Shown here one piece after another: positions 1 through 12,394 of a stretch of DNA of 64,000 nucleotides; positions within the stretch are counted from its first letter, which is position 1, and each line of letters opens with the position of its first letter. The DNA comes from Octopus sinensis. Taxonomy: Eukaryota. Location: contig NC_043020.1 of assembly GCF_006345805.1 (NCBI RefSeq), forward strand, positions 124,001 through 188,000. The letters are read 5' to 3'. The position numbers and the translations under genes were made by a program. The notes below the pieces were generated by a model. That model ran no database searches and was not told where the DNA came from. It worked only from the letters and a program-made list of their open reading frames with translations.

Positions 1-405
1 TTGCTTGGGATACTTTATATGCATTCAATATTTCTCATGTTTTACTACTTGCTCTTGCTAATTTATCTAGTATCTTATTGGGAATATTATTATCTCTGGG
101 ACTATTAAATATTGATAATTTTTGCCTTCCTTTTTTCTTTTGCATTTATCTCTGCTCTAAGTAATAACCTGATTCACCATCATTTAATGTCTGTTTTTTT
201 CATGCATGCGTGGGTGAGACAAAATTTCGTGTAACCGCATTTCACCTGTTTACAAGCAAGGTGATATTTTCCCCATAGCTAGACATGTTTTACACTGAAA
301 ATTAGAAATGTACGTACTTGTTTGTATCATGATAACTGCTCATTTACAGCCATCAAGTGATGTCTAGACAAGGCCACACACTCTCGCTCACAAACACACA
401 TGCTT

Positions 406-796
406 AGGAGTGGCTGTGTGGTGAAGTAGCTTGCTTGCCAACCACATGATTCCGGATTCAGTCCCACCGCGTGACACCTTGGGCAAGTGTCTTCTACTAT
501 AGTCTCAGGCCGACCAAAGCCTTGTGAGTGGATTTGGTAGACGGAAACTGAAAAGAAGCCCGTTGTATATATGTATGTGTGTGTGTGTGTGTCTGTTTGT
601 CCGGGTTTGTCCCTCCAACATCGCTTGACGACCGATGGGGTGTGTTTACATCCCTGTAACTTAGCGATTCAGCAAAAGAGACCGATAAAATAAGTACTAG
701 GCTTACAACGAATAAATTCTGGGGTTGATTTGCTCGACTAAAGGCGGTGCTCCAGCATGGCCTCAGTCAAATGACTGAAACAAGTAAAAAAAAAAG
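406..796 (+). mobile_element. tRNA-derived SINE, family A (tRNA head, CORE-like ACCTTGGGCAAGT segment, internal TA/TG microsatellite, RTE/BovB-like tail)
   Basis: Starts AGGAGTGGCTGTGTGG, has a B-box-like GGATTCAGTCCC, and ends GGCGGTGCTCCAGCATGGCCTCAGTCAAATGACTGAAACAAGTAAAA. More than 10 near-identical copies occur in the window. Confidence 0.9.
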
Positions 797-995
797 AGAG
801 AGAGATATACTCATGCATTTGCAAACACGCACGCATACACATACACACACAACACACACACACACACATAAATCAATGACAAGCTGCTTTCAGTTTCTGT
901 TTACCAAACCCACTCACAGTGCTATAGTAGAAGACATTTTCCCAATGTACAGTGGGTTGTAACTTCCCTAGAGCTGATATCCTGTGAAAGGCGCT

Positions 996-1160
996 CAGTG
1001 GTTGGCAATAAGGAAGGGCGTCCAGATGTCAAAAAAAAAACCATACCAAAGTAGGCAAATGAAATCTGGTGCAGTTCCGTGGTTTGTCATCTTTTGTCGC
1101 ACCTTCCAACCCGTGCCAGCATGGAAAGCAAATGTCGAAAGATGATGATGATGATGATGT
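996..1160 (+). mobile_element. Interspersed repeat family C (GGAAGGGCATCCAG motif, (GAT)n tail; RTE-related SINE-like)
   Basis: TGGTTGGCAATAAGGAAGGGCGTCCAG...CCAACCCGTGCCAGCATGGAAAG...(GAT)n is shared with the copies at 25357, 44685, 48985 and 54850. Confidence 0.75.
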
Positions 1161-1370
1161 AATCAAAAATATTCTTGTGAATCTTAGTTACATTTTGCTC
1201 GATATTTCTATTCGTCATCCCCTCCCCCTCTACTCTGGGTTGTACAAAATATTGATTAGCAACACATGTACTTAATATTCCTTGAAGTGAACATTATGAT
1301 GTTAGAGTAATTTTAATATTGTACAAATGAAGTAGCACTGAAAGGGTGAATCTCTATATCAGCGAGAGAG

Positions 1371-1405
<35 letters not shown>

Positions 1406-1950
1406 GGGAGAGGGAGAGAGAGAGAGAGAAGCCTGGTGCATTACTTGTTTGAAAATAAAATTTCATTGAAGATTCCACTTCCAAGCCCCTCTTGCTTTGC
1501 TGACGTTAATGGTCAGATACAGAAGCAATGCGGTTGCCAAAGTGACTGGCACTTGTTCAATTATACATTTATTTGAGGTTTTTAAAGAAATTTTCTCTCA
1601 AGTTCTTCATGACCGGCGATTGAGTTGCCACTTGAACTCCGAAACCTTCAACTGACAAAGATTATGGAACGAGTATGGCGAAGGCGTTGCGTTTTATTTC
1701 AATAAATACTATTAAGATCTGGCAAATGTTCTTGCTGGTGACACAAGAATTGGATACCAAATCTACTTTCGCTTTTCTCTTAGATTGGAGAGAAATTATT
1801 TATTTATTGAAGTTAAAAGAAGAAAAAAAACGTACAAAAATAAAAAAATTACACGCTGTCACTATAAAAATAATTTTAGCTATCAAAGCCAAGTCATAAA
1901 CTTGTACATAAGCACTAGTTATGTAATTTATGCATGTTTAACTTTGTGAA

Positions 1951-1966
<16 letters not shown>

Positions 1967-1983
<17 letters not shown>

Positions 1984-2002
1984 TATAGAATCTACCTCCG
2001 AC

Positions 2003-2049
<47 letters not shown>

Positions 2050-2069
2050 TTGGAGGTAGATTCTATATC

Positions 2070-2101
<32 letters not shown>

Positions 2102-2130
2102 ATCTACCTCCGACGTGTGTGTGTGTATAT
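1967..2130. repeat. Near-perfect inverted repeat centred on (TA)n, plus a third direct copy
   Basis: AGATATAGAATCTACCTCCGACGTGTGT (1981-2008) pairs with ACACACACGTTGGAGGTAGATTCTATATCT (2041-2070) with one mismatch. AGAATCTACCTCCGACGTGTGT recurs at 2099. Confidence 0.95.
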
Positions 2131-2445
2131 TTATATATATATGTATATGTATGTATATATATGTGTATATGTATATGTATGTATATGTGTGTATATATAT
2201 ATGTGTGTATATATATATGTGTGTATATATATATGTGTATATGTATATATATGTGTATATGTATGTATATGTGTGTGTATATATATATGTATATATATAT
2301 ATGTGTGTTATATATGTGTGTATATATATATGTGTGTGTATATATATGTGTGTGTATATATATATATTTATGTGTATATATATATGTGTATATATATATA
2401 TATATGTATGTATATATATATATGTATATATATATACATACGCAT
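2131..2445. repeat. Compound (TA)n/(TG)n microsatellite
   Basis: Continuous TA/TG dinucleotide mosaic; source of the Y/I/V/C-rich ORFs in the track. Confidence 0.95.
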
Positions 2446-2713
2446 GATGAATGTTTATTGTATCCACATGCACTCTTTAACGTTAAATGCCTCCATAAAC
2501 TGATATTTAGCTGAAGGTTCGGTAGCATTAAGCAAGTGTGGATTTCCCCTTTCTCGGATAAGATGAACATTTATCGCAGGTAACATTTCCAAAAGATCCA
2601 GCAACTATTCCCAAATAGCTAGCTTGAACTAAGGCAAGAAAAATTAAATGCCTTCTACTGAGACAAAATAAAAATGAAATCCATTACCTTATCCATTCAT
2701 CTATATTGCACAT

Positions 2714-3191
2714 TCATATACATGTTGTATATGTTGATGTATATATGTGTGTGTGTGTGTGTATGTGTGTATATATATATATATGTATATATATATATGC
2801 ATGTCTGTATGTATGTGTACATGTATAAATGTATGTGTATACATATGCATGAATGGAAGTATGTGTGTATGTGAGTTTGTATATATATATATATGCATGT
2901 CTGTATGTGTACATGTATATATTTATGTGTATACTTATACATGAATGGAAGTATGTGTGTGAGTGTATATATATATATATATATATGCATGTATATATGT
3001 ATGTATATCTATGCATGTCTGTATGTATGTGTACATGTATATATATATATGTGTATTCATATGCAGGCATGGAAGTATGTGTGTGCGTGTATGCATCTAT
3101 ATATGTATGTATATATCTATACGTGTGTACATGTATCTATATATATATATATGCATAGATCTATCTATCTATCTATCTATATCTATATCTA

Positions 3192-3223
<32 letters not shown>

Positions 3224-3281
3224 TAATATATATATAATATAGATGTATGATGAATAAAAAGGTATGTATTTTTATATGCAT

Positions 3282-3312
<31 letters not shown>

Positions 3313-3345
3313 AATAAATACATATTATACATTTATATATATATA

Positions 3346-3381
<36 letters not shown>
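2714..3381. repeat. Compound microsatellite with internally duplicated ~90-125 bp blocks
   Basis: The non-microsatellite anchor ATGGAAGTATGTGTG recurs near 2853, 2945 and 3069, followed by long (TA)n tracts. Confidence 0.85.
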
Positions 3382-3385
<4 letters not shown>

Positions 3386-3889
3386 TGTTCACTGGCAGAT
3401 AGAATCTGGAATGAAACCTTGAATATATATATTACTCAAGTTTAATTTAATTTTAAAAATATAAAAATTCTTCAATATATTAACTTTATTTTATTTTCAC
3501 TTTTCCTCTTCATACCTTATGAGTGTGTTAATAATTTCTTAATGGTTGTCAATCTAACACTGATTTTAAAACCACCACTCTCCCAGGCGCTCTCCTGTGA
3601 ATAATATGGTTTTTCTTTTGTTCTCTAGCTGTATGTTCTTGGCACTCTTCCATTACCTCCCAGTCTGCTACCCTGCACACCTCATCACCCTGTTTCTCTC
3701 ATCATGCTCTCATTCCCTTCGCCCACTCACCCTGGTCCTGTCATAACTCTCTCTCTTCTATTCATGTTTGTTAAAGGTTATGCTGCCCTTAGCAAACAGA
3801 GACATACCATAGAGCAGTGAAGATTCTTTAGCATTCAAATGTATAAAAAAAACATTACTCTCTTCCTCTCTCTCTCTCTCCTCTCTCTC

Positions 3890-3934
<45 letters not shown>

Positions 3935-4135
3935 TAATTAACTAAAGAGGGTTATTCTAAGCCAAATACACTGTTTTATCCACTTATAATCCGCTTGTTA
4001 CAGGAAAATTGAAAATGAAAACGGGCAACTAACCTTTAGAAAATTTAAATTTCGTTATCTCTATATTGAATCAATTTCGGACTTAATCTTATAAAAAAGA
4101 TATATTCCTTCTTCAGTATATAATATATATATATA

Positions 4136-4720
4136 GGCGCAGGAGTGGCTGTGGGTAAGTAGCTTGCTAACCAACCACATGGTTCCGGGTTCAGTCCCAC
4201 TGCGTGGCATCTTGGCCAAGTGTGTTCTGCTAGAGCCCCGGGGCCGACCAATGCCTTGTGAGTGGATTTGGTAGACGGAAACTGAAAGAAGTCTGTCGTA
4301 TATATGTAAGTATATATATAATAATATATATATATATATATATATATACACATCGAAATTACTATGATGATCCGGTTCTTGACTGAAGACTGAGGGTTTC
4401 GAATGTCCTGTCCGTGTTTATTGTATCGTCTTCTAAGAGTTATACGTTCTTGTCCATGTTGTATTTTTCTACATACCTTAATATATATATACATATATAT
4501 ATATGTGTGTGTGTGTGTGTGTTTGTCCCCCTAGCATTGCTTGACAACCGATGCTGGTGTGTTTACGTCCCTGTCACTTAGCAGTTTGGCAAAAGAGATC
4601 GATAGAATAAGTACTGGGCTTACAAAGAATAAGTCCCGGGGTTGATTTGCTTGACTAAAGGCGGTGCTCCAGTATGGCCGCAGTCAAATGACTGAAACAA
4701 GTAAAAGAATAAAAGAGTAT
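4136..4720 (+). mobile_element. SINE family A, full length, with a foreign insertion in its microsatellite
   Basis: Head GGCGCAGGAGTGGCTGTG and tail ...GACTGAAACAAGTAAAAGAATAAAAGAG are both present; the copy is interrupted at 4351-4481. Confidence 0.9.
4351..4481. mobile_element. Short repeat fragment inserted in a (TA)n tract, possibly Penelope-like
   Basis: About 130 bp of non-SINE sequence flanked by (TA)n on both sides; contains CTGAAGA...CGAA. The family assignment is inferred. Confidence 0.35.
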
Positions 4721-4802
4721 ATATAATGGCGGTGCCCCAGCATGGCCACAGCTCATTAGCTGAAACTAGAAAACTCAAAATCAAAATCAAAATATAATCA
4801 TA

Positions 4803-4965
4803 ATCATCTATTGTCTGCCTTTCATGCTGGCATGGGTTGGATTGTTTGACAGGAGCTGGCCAGGCAGGAGCCTTTGTCTGTTTTGGCATGGTTTTTATGG
4901 CTGGATGCCCTTCCAAATGCCAACCACTCTACGGTGTGGGCTGGGTGCTTTTTAAGTGGCACCTG
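4803..4965 (-). mobile_element. Repeat family C fragment
   Basis: CATGCTGGCATGGGTTGG...GGCTGGATGCCCTTCC is the reverse complement of family C. Confidence 0.7.
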
Positions 4966-5329
4966 CAGGGTCACCAAGTAACTTTGCAAGATGGAATCTT
5001 TTAGAGGGGAAGGTTAGAGTGTGACAGGGAGACAGGAGCAGATGTTTTGCTGAAGAGGAGGAGTTAACAAGAAAGAGGTGTGCTGCTGTAAAGGAGATAT
5101 ATGTTACCTGTATATAGGAGATACATGGTTACCTATGTATATATTACACACAGGTGCAGGTGTGACATTATATTTAAGAAATTTACTTCTGTTGTACATA
5201 GTTTCAGGTTCACTCTGATTGTATGGCACCTTGGGTGTCTTCTATTATAGCCCCAGGCCAACCTTGTTTTGTGCATAGATTTTGTGGACAGAAAATGAAA
5301 AAAGCCCATGCGTGTGTACCGTTGGTGAT

Positions 5330-5504
5330 TTTTTTTTCCTCTGTCTTCCCTTCTCTGGATCTTTCCTTCTCCTATGTTTCCGACGAAGAGCTCCATTCGA
5401 AACGTTAAACCCTCCTTCTTTCCTTCTTTCCTGAGCGTCCAATAATACTATAGTTGTTCCACATCCTTGCGTTGTGTTTTTTTTGTGCTTTCATGTTTGA
5501 ATTA

Positions 5505-5508
<4 letters not shown>
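5330..5508 (+). mobile_element. Penelope-like terminal repeat fragment ending in (TA)n
   Basis: Homologous in inverted orientation to 49441-49625 (TTCCTGAGCGTCCAATAATAC vs TTCCTGAGTGTCTAATAACAC); carries a hammerhead core. Confidence 0.6.
5376..5410 (+). ncRNA. Minimal type I hammerhead ribozyme motif, degenerate (U4 to C)
   Basis: gttt-CCGACGA-a-gag ctcca ttc-GAAA-CG-T-T-aaac: stem I gttt/aaac, stem II gag/ttc, and a palindromic ACGT in place of stem III. Confidence 0.55.
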
Positions 5509-5569
<61 letters not shown>

Positions 5570-5796
5570 TGTGTGTTGACATTGTGTGCTAGTTGTAAAT
5601 AAGTGTCATTGTCATGCAAGTGGTATCCATTGATTCTAATCTTTCATGAAAATATGTCTGGGGAAATATTACCTTACTTGGAAAAAGCTGAGGGTTAGCG
5701 AGAGGAAAGGCATCCTACCATAGAAAATCTGCCTTGATAATTTCTGTCCAACTCATGCGGCTACAGAGGAAAGTGGACATTAAAATGATGATGATA

Positions 5797-5830
<34 letters not shown>

Positions 5831-6266
5831 TACATACATACATACATACATACATACACAATGTTCAAAGCTCTACCATAGCTGCAGCCTTTGACTGTAG
5901 TCATGGTGGAGCATTACTGATACAAGTAAAAAGGGTCGTCATGTTTTTATACACACTTTTTATGTATATATATCTGTATGTTTGTCTTTCATAGCAAGAT
6001 TGTCTGTGTCTCAATTTAGTTTCAAAATAATTCAAGACTGGGATGTGTTCAGTGAAATAAATCTAACAGTTTTATTTATTCATACTTTTATCTATTCAGC
6101 TCTCATTGAACAAGCCTATGATCAAAGGTGTTTCCACTCTTACCATCTCAGTTTTTTTTCCAGACTTAGCACATCTAAAATTTACATAATGTAATGTGTC
6201 CTTCCTTTTTTGGGATTTCAAGGAAATTTGGCTGTTATTTTTAGTAAATCAGATAATCATGTAGAG

Positions 6267-6564
6267 CAGGGGTTCTCAACTAGGATCCATATGAACCTTT
6301 GGGGTCCATATAAGATTTTTGAGGTCCACAGATGCAGTATAGTAAATTGGGGGTCCACGGTAATTTTTCAGGGGTCATGAAAAAACTGTGTTCAGACCAA
6401 TAAAGTTTATGTACAATAAATTGGTTATATATCCACAATACACAAAATATTTTAAATTTCATACAAGTCCTAATAATATTTAATTATAAAAATGCAATAG
6501 GATTTTTTAAACATCAAACAGGAATCAAAGGGGTTCATAGGTAAGAAATGGTTGAGAACCCTTG
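6267..6564. mobile_element. hAT (Charlie-like) MITE
   Basis: TIRs CAGGGGTTCTCAAC / GTTGAGAACCCTTG (13 of 14 match) and a perfect 8-bp TSD ATGTAGAG (6259-6266, 6565-6572). Confidence 0.92.
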
Positions 6565-6684
6565 ATGTAGAGGCTCCAACTTATGTTATCAATATGAATA
6601 ATACAATTTAACTATCAAATAATTTTAGATATAATATATTGGTTAATTCCATATAAGGTAGTGTGACATTATTAGTGTGGTGAA

Positions 6685-7115
6685 AGGTGGCGAGCTGGCA
6701 AAAATATTAGCATGCCAGGTGAAATGCTTAGCGGTATTTCGTCAGCTTTTACGTTCTGAGTTCAAATTCCGCCAAGGTCGACTTTGCCTTTCATCCTTTC
6801 GGGTTCGATAAATTAAGTACCAGTTATGCACTAGGGTCGATGTAATTGACTTAATCCCTTTGTCTGTCCTTGTTTGTCCCCTCTATGTTTAGCCCTTTGT
6901 GGGCAATAAAAAAAAAAAGAAATGTTAGCATGCCGGGTGAAATGCTTAGCAGTATTTCGTCTGTTTTTACGTTCTGAGTTCAAATTCTGCTGAGGTCGAC
7001 TTTGCCTTTCATCCTTTCGGGGTCGATAAATTAAGTACCGGTTGTGTACTGAGGTCAATCTAATCAACTGACCTCCTCCCCCCAAATTTCAGGCCTTGTG
7101 CCTAGAGTAGAAAAG
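6685..7115 (+). mobile_element. Composite SINE: a family B unit joined within a family F (ATT-tailed) element
   Basis: Two GAGTTCAAATTC B-box regions and a 17-bp TSD ATTATTAGTGTGGTGAA (6668-6684, 7116-7132). Confidence 0.85.
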
Positions 7116-7948
7116 ATTATTAGTGTGGTGAAGCAACCAACAATGATAAGGAAGAGATTTCATAATTTAAGTTGGAATCAAATTAAAATACAGGTAATAC
7201 CACTCACTTAAAATACTATGCATTCTGATGTGAAGATCTTAACTTGGAAGGTGGTTAGTATAATGGGGTTTTTTTACACTGTAGCAGTGACAGGGAAATG
7301 GAGTTTTAAGTTTCTCCAGATTCTTATTTTTTAATTTTGTCCCATCTGCTCTTTATATCTTTTCATATCACTTTGCTTTTGTTGTGAGTGTGTGCTTGTG
7401 GGTGTGTATGAACAATTCATGCCAGTATATAGAATGAAGTAAGATGACGATAATATGCAAGTGCACATGCATATATTATTTGTGTGCATGCACACAAATA
7501 TACTCACTTGCATATATACACCCATTTCAATTAGCTGAAATGTTTCAAAAGTGTTTCAATGGCTGAACATTGTGTAAGACTCTTACAAAACTTGTTTATT
7601 TGTGTTTAACATGTGTATATGTGTGATATATATACATAACAAACATGCACACACTTGTTTGTACAGTTGTGTATAAATGTATGCATATACACATGTAATT
7701 AAAATAGATCTGGTTTCTTCTTAGCTATTTTGAAATTCTTCGGTTATTTTTAAATTCCACAGATTTATTTAACTCTTTTACATAAATACGATCACCTGCT
7801 TGCAAACCTGCTGCTGCATCTGCACAACTAGGTTTACTGAGAAACTCTTCTAAGCAAGTCATGATACTGTTCTTTCTGAATAAGCACTCTACAATATTTA
7901 GGATCTCTTCAGAGTTCTCTACCTCTACCAAAGTTTATTTATATTTAA

Positions 7949-8169
7949 TCCTTTTGATACCTAACCCGGCTGAAACCAGCTTTGGCTCTGAGTACAAATG
8001 TCTCGTTTTCATAAGTTTTGAATTAAAATCTTCCAATAAATCTTAGTCACAATCTATGTTCCTAACACTAGCTGAATGATAACTAACTTATTTTACTAAA
8101 TTGTTTGTTATATTTAAAGTAATTGAAAGAAACATGAAGCATCTCAAAATAAATACAGTAACGAAAGGG
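7949..8169. mobile_element. piggyBac-type (TTAA) MITE, family PB2
   Basis: TTAA|TCCTTTTG ... CGAAAGGG|TTAC; an inverted homologue lies at 33786-34005. Confidence 0.75.
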
Positions 8170-9325
8170 TTACATGCTTACTTGAAAAATCCTTCAGCAA
8201 GTTATCTTTCTCTAAAATGTACAATTGCCTATCTTAGTCTATAAATATTTGCAAGGCTATGTACATCAGTTGGCACGGTTGCCAGCTGAAAGCTTTTATC
8301 TTGACATTCATGGTCTTTTCATCTGCTAAAACCAATTTGCATTGACCTTGCTGTTTTCATTTCTCGTTTCAGTAAATTTACTCTGAAAGCGATGTTCTCC
8401 TCTAATATCACAAAATTGCTATATCATATATGAACATGCAATGAAAGCGAAGTTCATATACACAAAAAGTTCATATACACAAAAATGATTTGAAGTCAAA
8501 TGGCATAGAGACAAGCATTAGAAATGCAGAGCAAACTAGTTGAGATAGATCTAAGAATATTTAAAATTATTAACGAGGAAGTATCAAATGTCTGTTGTAA
8601 GAATAAGAAGAATATAACAGTACTTTAAAAAAAAAAAAAAAGAGATACGTAAAATTATGTGAAAAAATTACCAATAATTACTGATAATGATTGTAAAAGT
8701 GTCAGAAAGAGTTAGTTGATTTAATGTCCAAAAATAAAATGTTAAACCTGGGAAGCTCCATCACTCTTGAAATCTAAATTTTGCTTCTTCGTCTGAAGAA
8801 TATCTTAGTTGCATCTCAGTTCCACGTCATTGTTAACCACATTGAGCATTGATAAAGAGAAATATTCATGTTACCACAGTTGCATTTAGAGTTTCCACTT
8901 TTGATTTTTTTGATTTTTATTTTATATTTTACAGTTAATTTTTTAAAAAAAAAGGTAACTATAGAAGATGTTATAAGTCAATTTCTATTAAAACCATCAT
9001 CATCATCATTATTGTTTTAACATCTACTTTCCATGCCAGATTGGATCGGTCAAAACTTATTGAGGCCCTTTTTTTTCTATGACTAGATGCCTTTATTTTC
9101 ATTGCCTTTCACTTGTTTTCAAGGTATTATTCCTCTTAGTTGTCCGAGTTGTTTTTACACGCAGTGCTTTGAGAGAGTATTCTCCACCACACCAATAGCA
9201 GCTTACCAACAAATACACAAAGCTTATGCATTAAGTATATGTGGTTGATAAATAATGTTTATTGCACTACTACTGCTTTTATTTCACCTTTAAATTTATT
9301 CTACATATTCTATATCTATCTATAT

Positions 9326-9379
<54 letters not shown>

Positions 9380-10346
9380 TATATATATACACACGTATAT
9401 ATATATATATATATATATATCTATATATATATATATATACACACACACACATATATATACATATATATATATATATAATCAACACATTCACATAAATTTC
9501 TTTTTAAAATATATACAAAAATGTGTTTTTTTCCTGCTTTCACATTCATTTATATTTGCATAAAGTAGATCAGGAGAGACTAAGAGCTACTGAATCCTTT
9601 CTTTGGTTAGTCCTAGAGCAGCCTGTTCCAGCTCCCATCTCCATCTCTTCCACCAGTTCATCCAGTTTTCTCATTCCCATCCTGTGTCATCTTTCCTTTC
9701 CTTTCCTTTCCTTTCCTTAATTTTCTTTTCACTTCACTACCATTCTTAGATAATCACATCTAAGTATAATATCTTCCACTAGAAGTACAAAAAAAGTAAA
9801 GTAAAAAAAAAAAAAATAAAAAAAAGAAACCCAACTGAATAAATAAAAAATCCAATAAATAAATGGCTAAAATAAATATAAAAAAAAGCCGAGTAAATCT
9901 ACAAAAAAAAAAAAGATATCAATCCTGTAGAGACAGACCCTGTTTTCTTTGCCCAGCAGCTGTCATTGTCAGTTACTGCTCAAAATATATTTCTTATTTA
10001 TCTAAACTTTGGGTTTCTTTTTTTCTTTTTACCTTTTTCTTTTTGCAACTCTTTATGTTGTGTGTCCCAATTGACAACTATATTACTACATACATAACTA
10101 CATTCCTTGCATTATTCTGCACTCCAACTTTAAAAAGACATGTTAATGTTTGCTGCTGTTTGTTGTTCTACAGTATTTCAATACACAATAATGTGTGTTT
10201 CTTTGGGGGGTGGGGTGGAGATGGTGTGTAGGGTTTTTACTGAATTGATTAACATGACTAGAATGCTAAAATTGAAGTGTGTTGCAAAGAAGCTTATCCT
10301 GGACCTAGATTTAGATGTTGGTTCTTTGCAGAGTTGTGCATGCTAA

Positions 10347-10757
10347 CATTTCTTATTTCCTTATTGCCCACAAGGGGCTAAACATAGAGGGGACAAACAA
10401 GGACAGACAAAGGGATTAAGTCGATTACATCGACCCCAGTGCGTAACTGGTACTTAATTTATCGACCCCAAAAGGATGAAAGGCAAAGTCGACCTCGGCG
10501 GAATTTGAACTCAGAATGTAACAGCAGATGAAATACCTATTTTTTTACTACCCACAAGGAGCTAAACACAGAGAGGACAAACAAGGACAGACAAAGGGAT
10601 TAAGTCGATTACATCGACCCCAGTGCATAACTGGTACTTAATTTATCGACCCCAAAAGGATGAAAGGCAAAGTCGACCTCGGCGGAATTTGAACTCAGAA
10701 TATAACAGCAGATGAAATACCTATTTCTTTACTACACACAAGGAGCTAAACACAGAG
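10347..10757 (-). mobile_element. SINE family B, tandem dimer plus the start of a third unit
   Basis: A 184-bp unit is repeated (CCCACAAGG at 10367 and 10551) with junction GAAATACCTATTT. Confidence 0.9.
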
Positions 10758-11281
10758 TGGTTAAGAAGTTTGATTCCTTCCCATGTGGTCTTGGGTTTAG
10801 TCCCATTGCTGTACTACTTTGGGACAAGTGTTTTCTAGCAGCCCCGGGCTAACTATAAAGCCTTGTAACTGGATACCTGTCATATGCATTTGTGCATTCC
10901 TTTGCCTTGACATCATGTAATCGTTGTATGTGAGCACTGTTTGCTACCAGTCTTCCATGAAAAATGTGTAACCATGGGATGAATATTACACCACTTGGAA
11001 ATAGGTGAGGGTTGGCCTACAGGAAGGGCATCTGGCTGCAGAAAACCTGCCTCAATTCCATCTGGCCCATGCAAGTAAGTGGATGTTAAATTATGAGAAT
11101 GATGATTTCACAGCCATCATGTTGTTGTTTTGTTTGGCCTCAGATCAGCCTTGATTAAGAAGAACTATGATGACAGTTTTTTTCCAGCTGTGACTATCCC
11201 ATCTTTTGTGAGAGCATTTAAGGATATGCATCCTGACATGTCCAAAACCATTTTCTAGGGCACAGTTGTAGGAATGTAGGT

Positions 11282-11650
11282 GCAGGCATGGCTGTGTGAC
11301 AAGAAGTTTGCTTCTTAATCACTTGGTTCTGGGTTCAATTCAAGTGCCTTCTATTATAGCCTCAGACTGAACAAAGCCAAATGTATTGATTTAGTAGATA
11401 GAAACTGAAAGAAACTCATAGATAAGTATTTATCTTTGTGTATCTTTGTGTTTGTCCACCACCACCATCACCACTTGAGAACTGGTATTTGTTACTTTAT
11501 GTCCCCTTAACTTAGTGGTTCGGCAAAAAATAGATTGATAGAATAAGTACTAGACTTTAAAAAAAAAAATAAGGGTCAATTTGTGTGATCAAACCTTTGG
11601 AGGCTATGCTCCTGCACAGCTGTACTCTAATGACTAAAACCGGTAAAGGG
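11282..11650 (+). mobile_element. SINE family A, diverged
   Basis: Recognisable head (GCAGGCATGGCTGTGTG), GATAGAATAAGTACTAG segment and tail (AATGACTAAAAC). Confidence 0.7.
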
Positions 11651-12394
11651 TAAAAAAAAAAAAGCTAAAAATCTTAACCTAACAAAATACAGAACTGGAC
11701 AGGTATGGACACGGCAGCTCTTCTGTGCGTAATGATGAACAGAAACCAGTGATGTCTGCCAGAGCATTTGAAGTGGCATTTCAAAGATTAGTTGCTACTC
11801 CAAATCATCTGTAGTATTAAAACCACCAGACTGGATAACACGTTGTGTTCTTGAGCAAAACACTTCATTTCACGTTGCTCTAGTCCCCCTTCTATCGGGT
11901 GGTGGGGGTGGGGGAATGTTGGCTTGCTCATCTAGCCAGTAGGGTGGCAGTGCATTGTGACCAGCAATGTGTAAAAAGCATCTGATAGCCTGGTCGGTCA
12001 TATGATCACATGATTAAAATTGTGTTGATGAAGATAACATTATCCAGTTTGCTCATTTTGTTATTTAATACAATAGGTAGAGATTTGAGGGAGATTTAGC
12101 TGCTTTTTTGAGCTTATTATTAAGCATCCATAAAATCTTCCCCTGCTATTGTTATTGCTGTTTAGCCCCAGGTCAACTCTGTTTGAACATTCCAACCATG
12201 ATCATCTTGTCTTGTTTTCAGAAATAGCGTATCTGTGATTACATTATCCAAAAGGGTTCTTTCTTCATTTTTGTTTTTTAAAGGGTAGGGTGTTGTTTTT
12301 GAGGTAGATTTGACTGCAATTTCTTGCAAGTTCAGCCACTACATAGTGACTCTCCAGTTTTGTTTGTAACTAGCTGGAGGCAGTCAAGTAATGG

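Noticed and set aside
1992-3217. Many 60-190 aa ORFs rich in Y, I, H, T, V and C on both strands
   Set aside because: They are translations of TA/TG/CA microsatellites. The same applies to the ORFs at 9239-9495, 28081-28671, 48448-48945, 50254-50750 and 56888-57588.
4381-4420. Possible hammerhead core CTGAAGA...CGAAT; also CTGATGA at 58882 and CTGATGC on the minus strand near 63150
   Set aside because: None has a correctly placed GAAA with convincing stems I and II.
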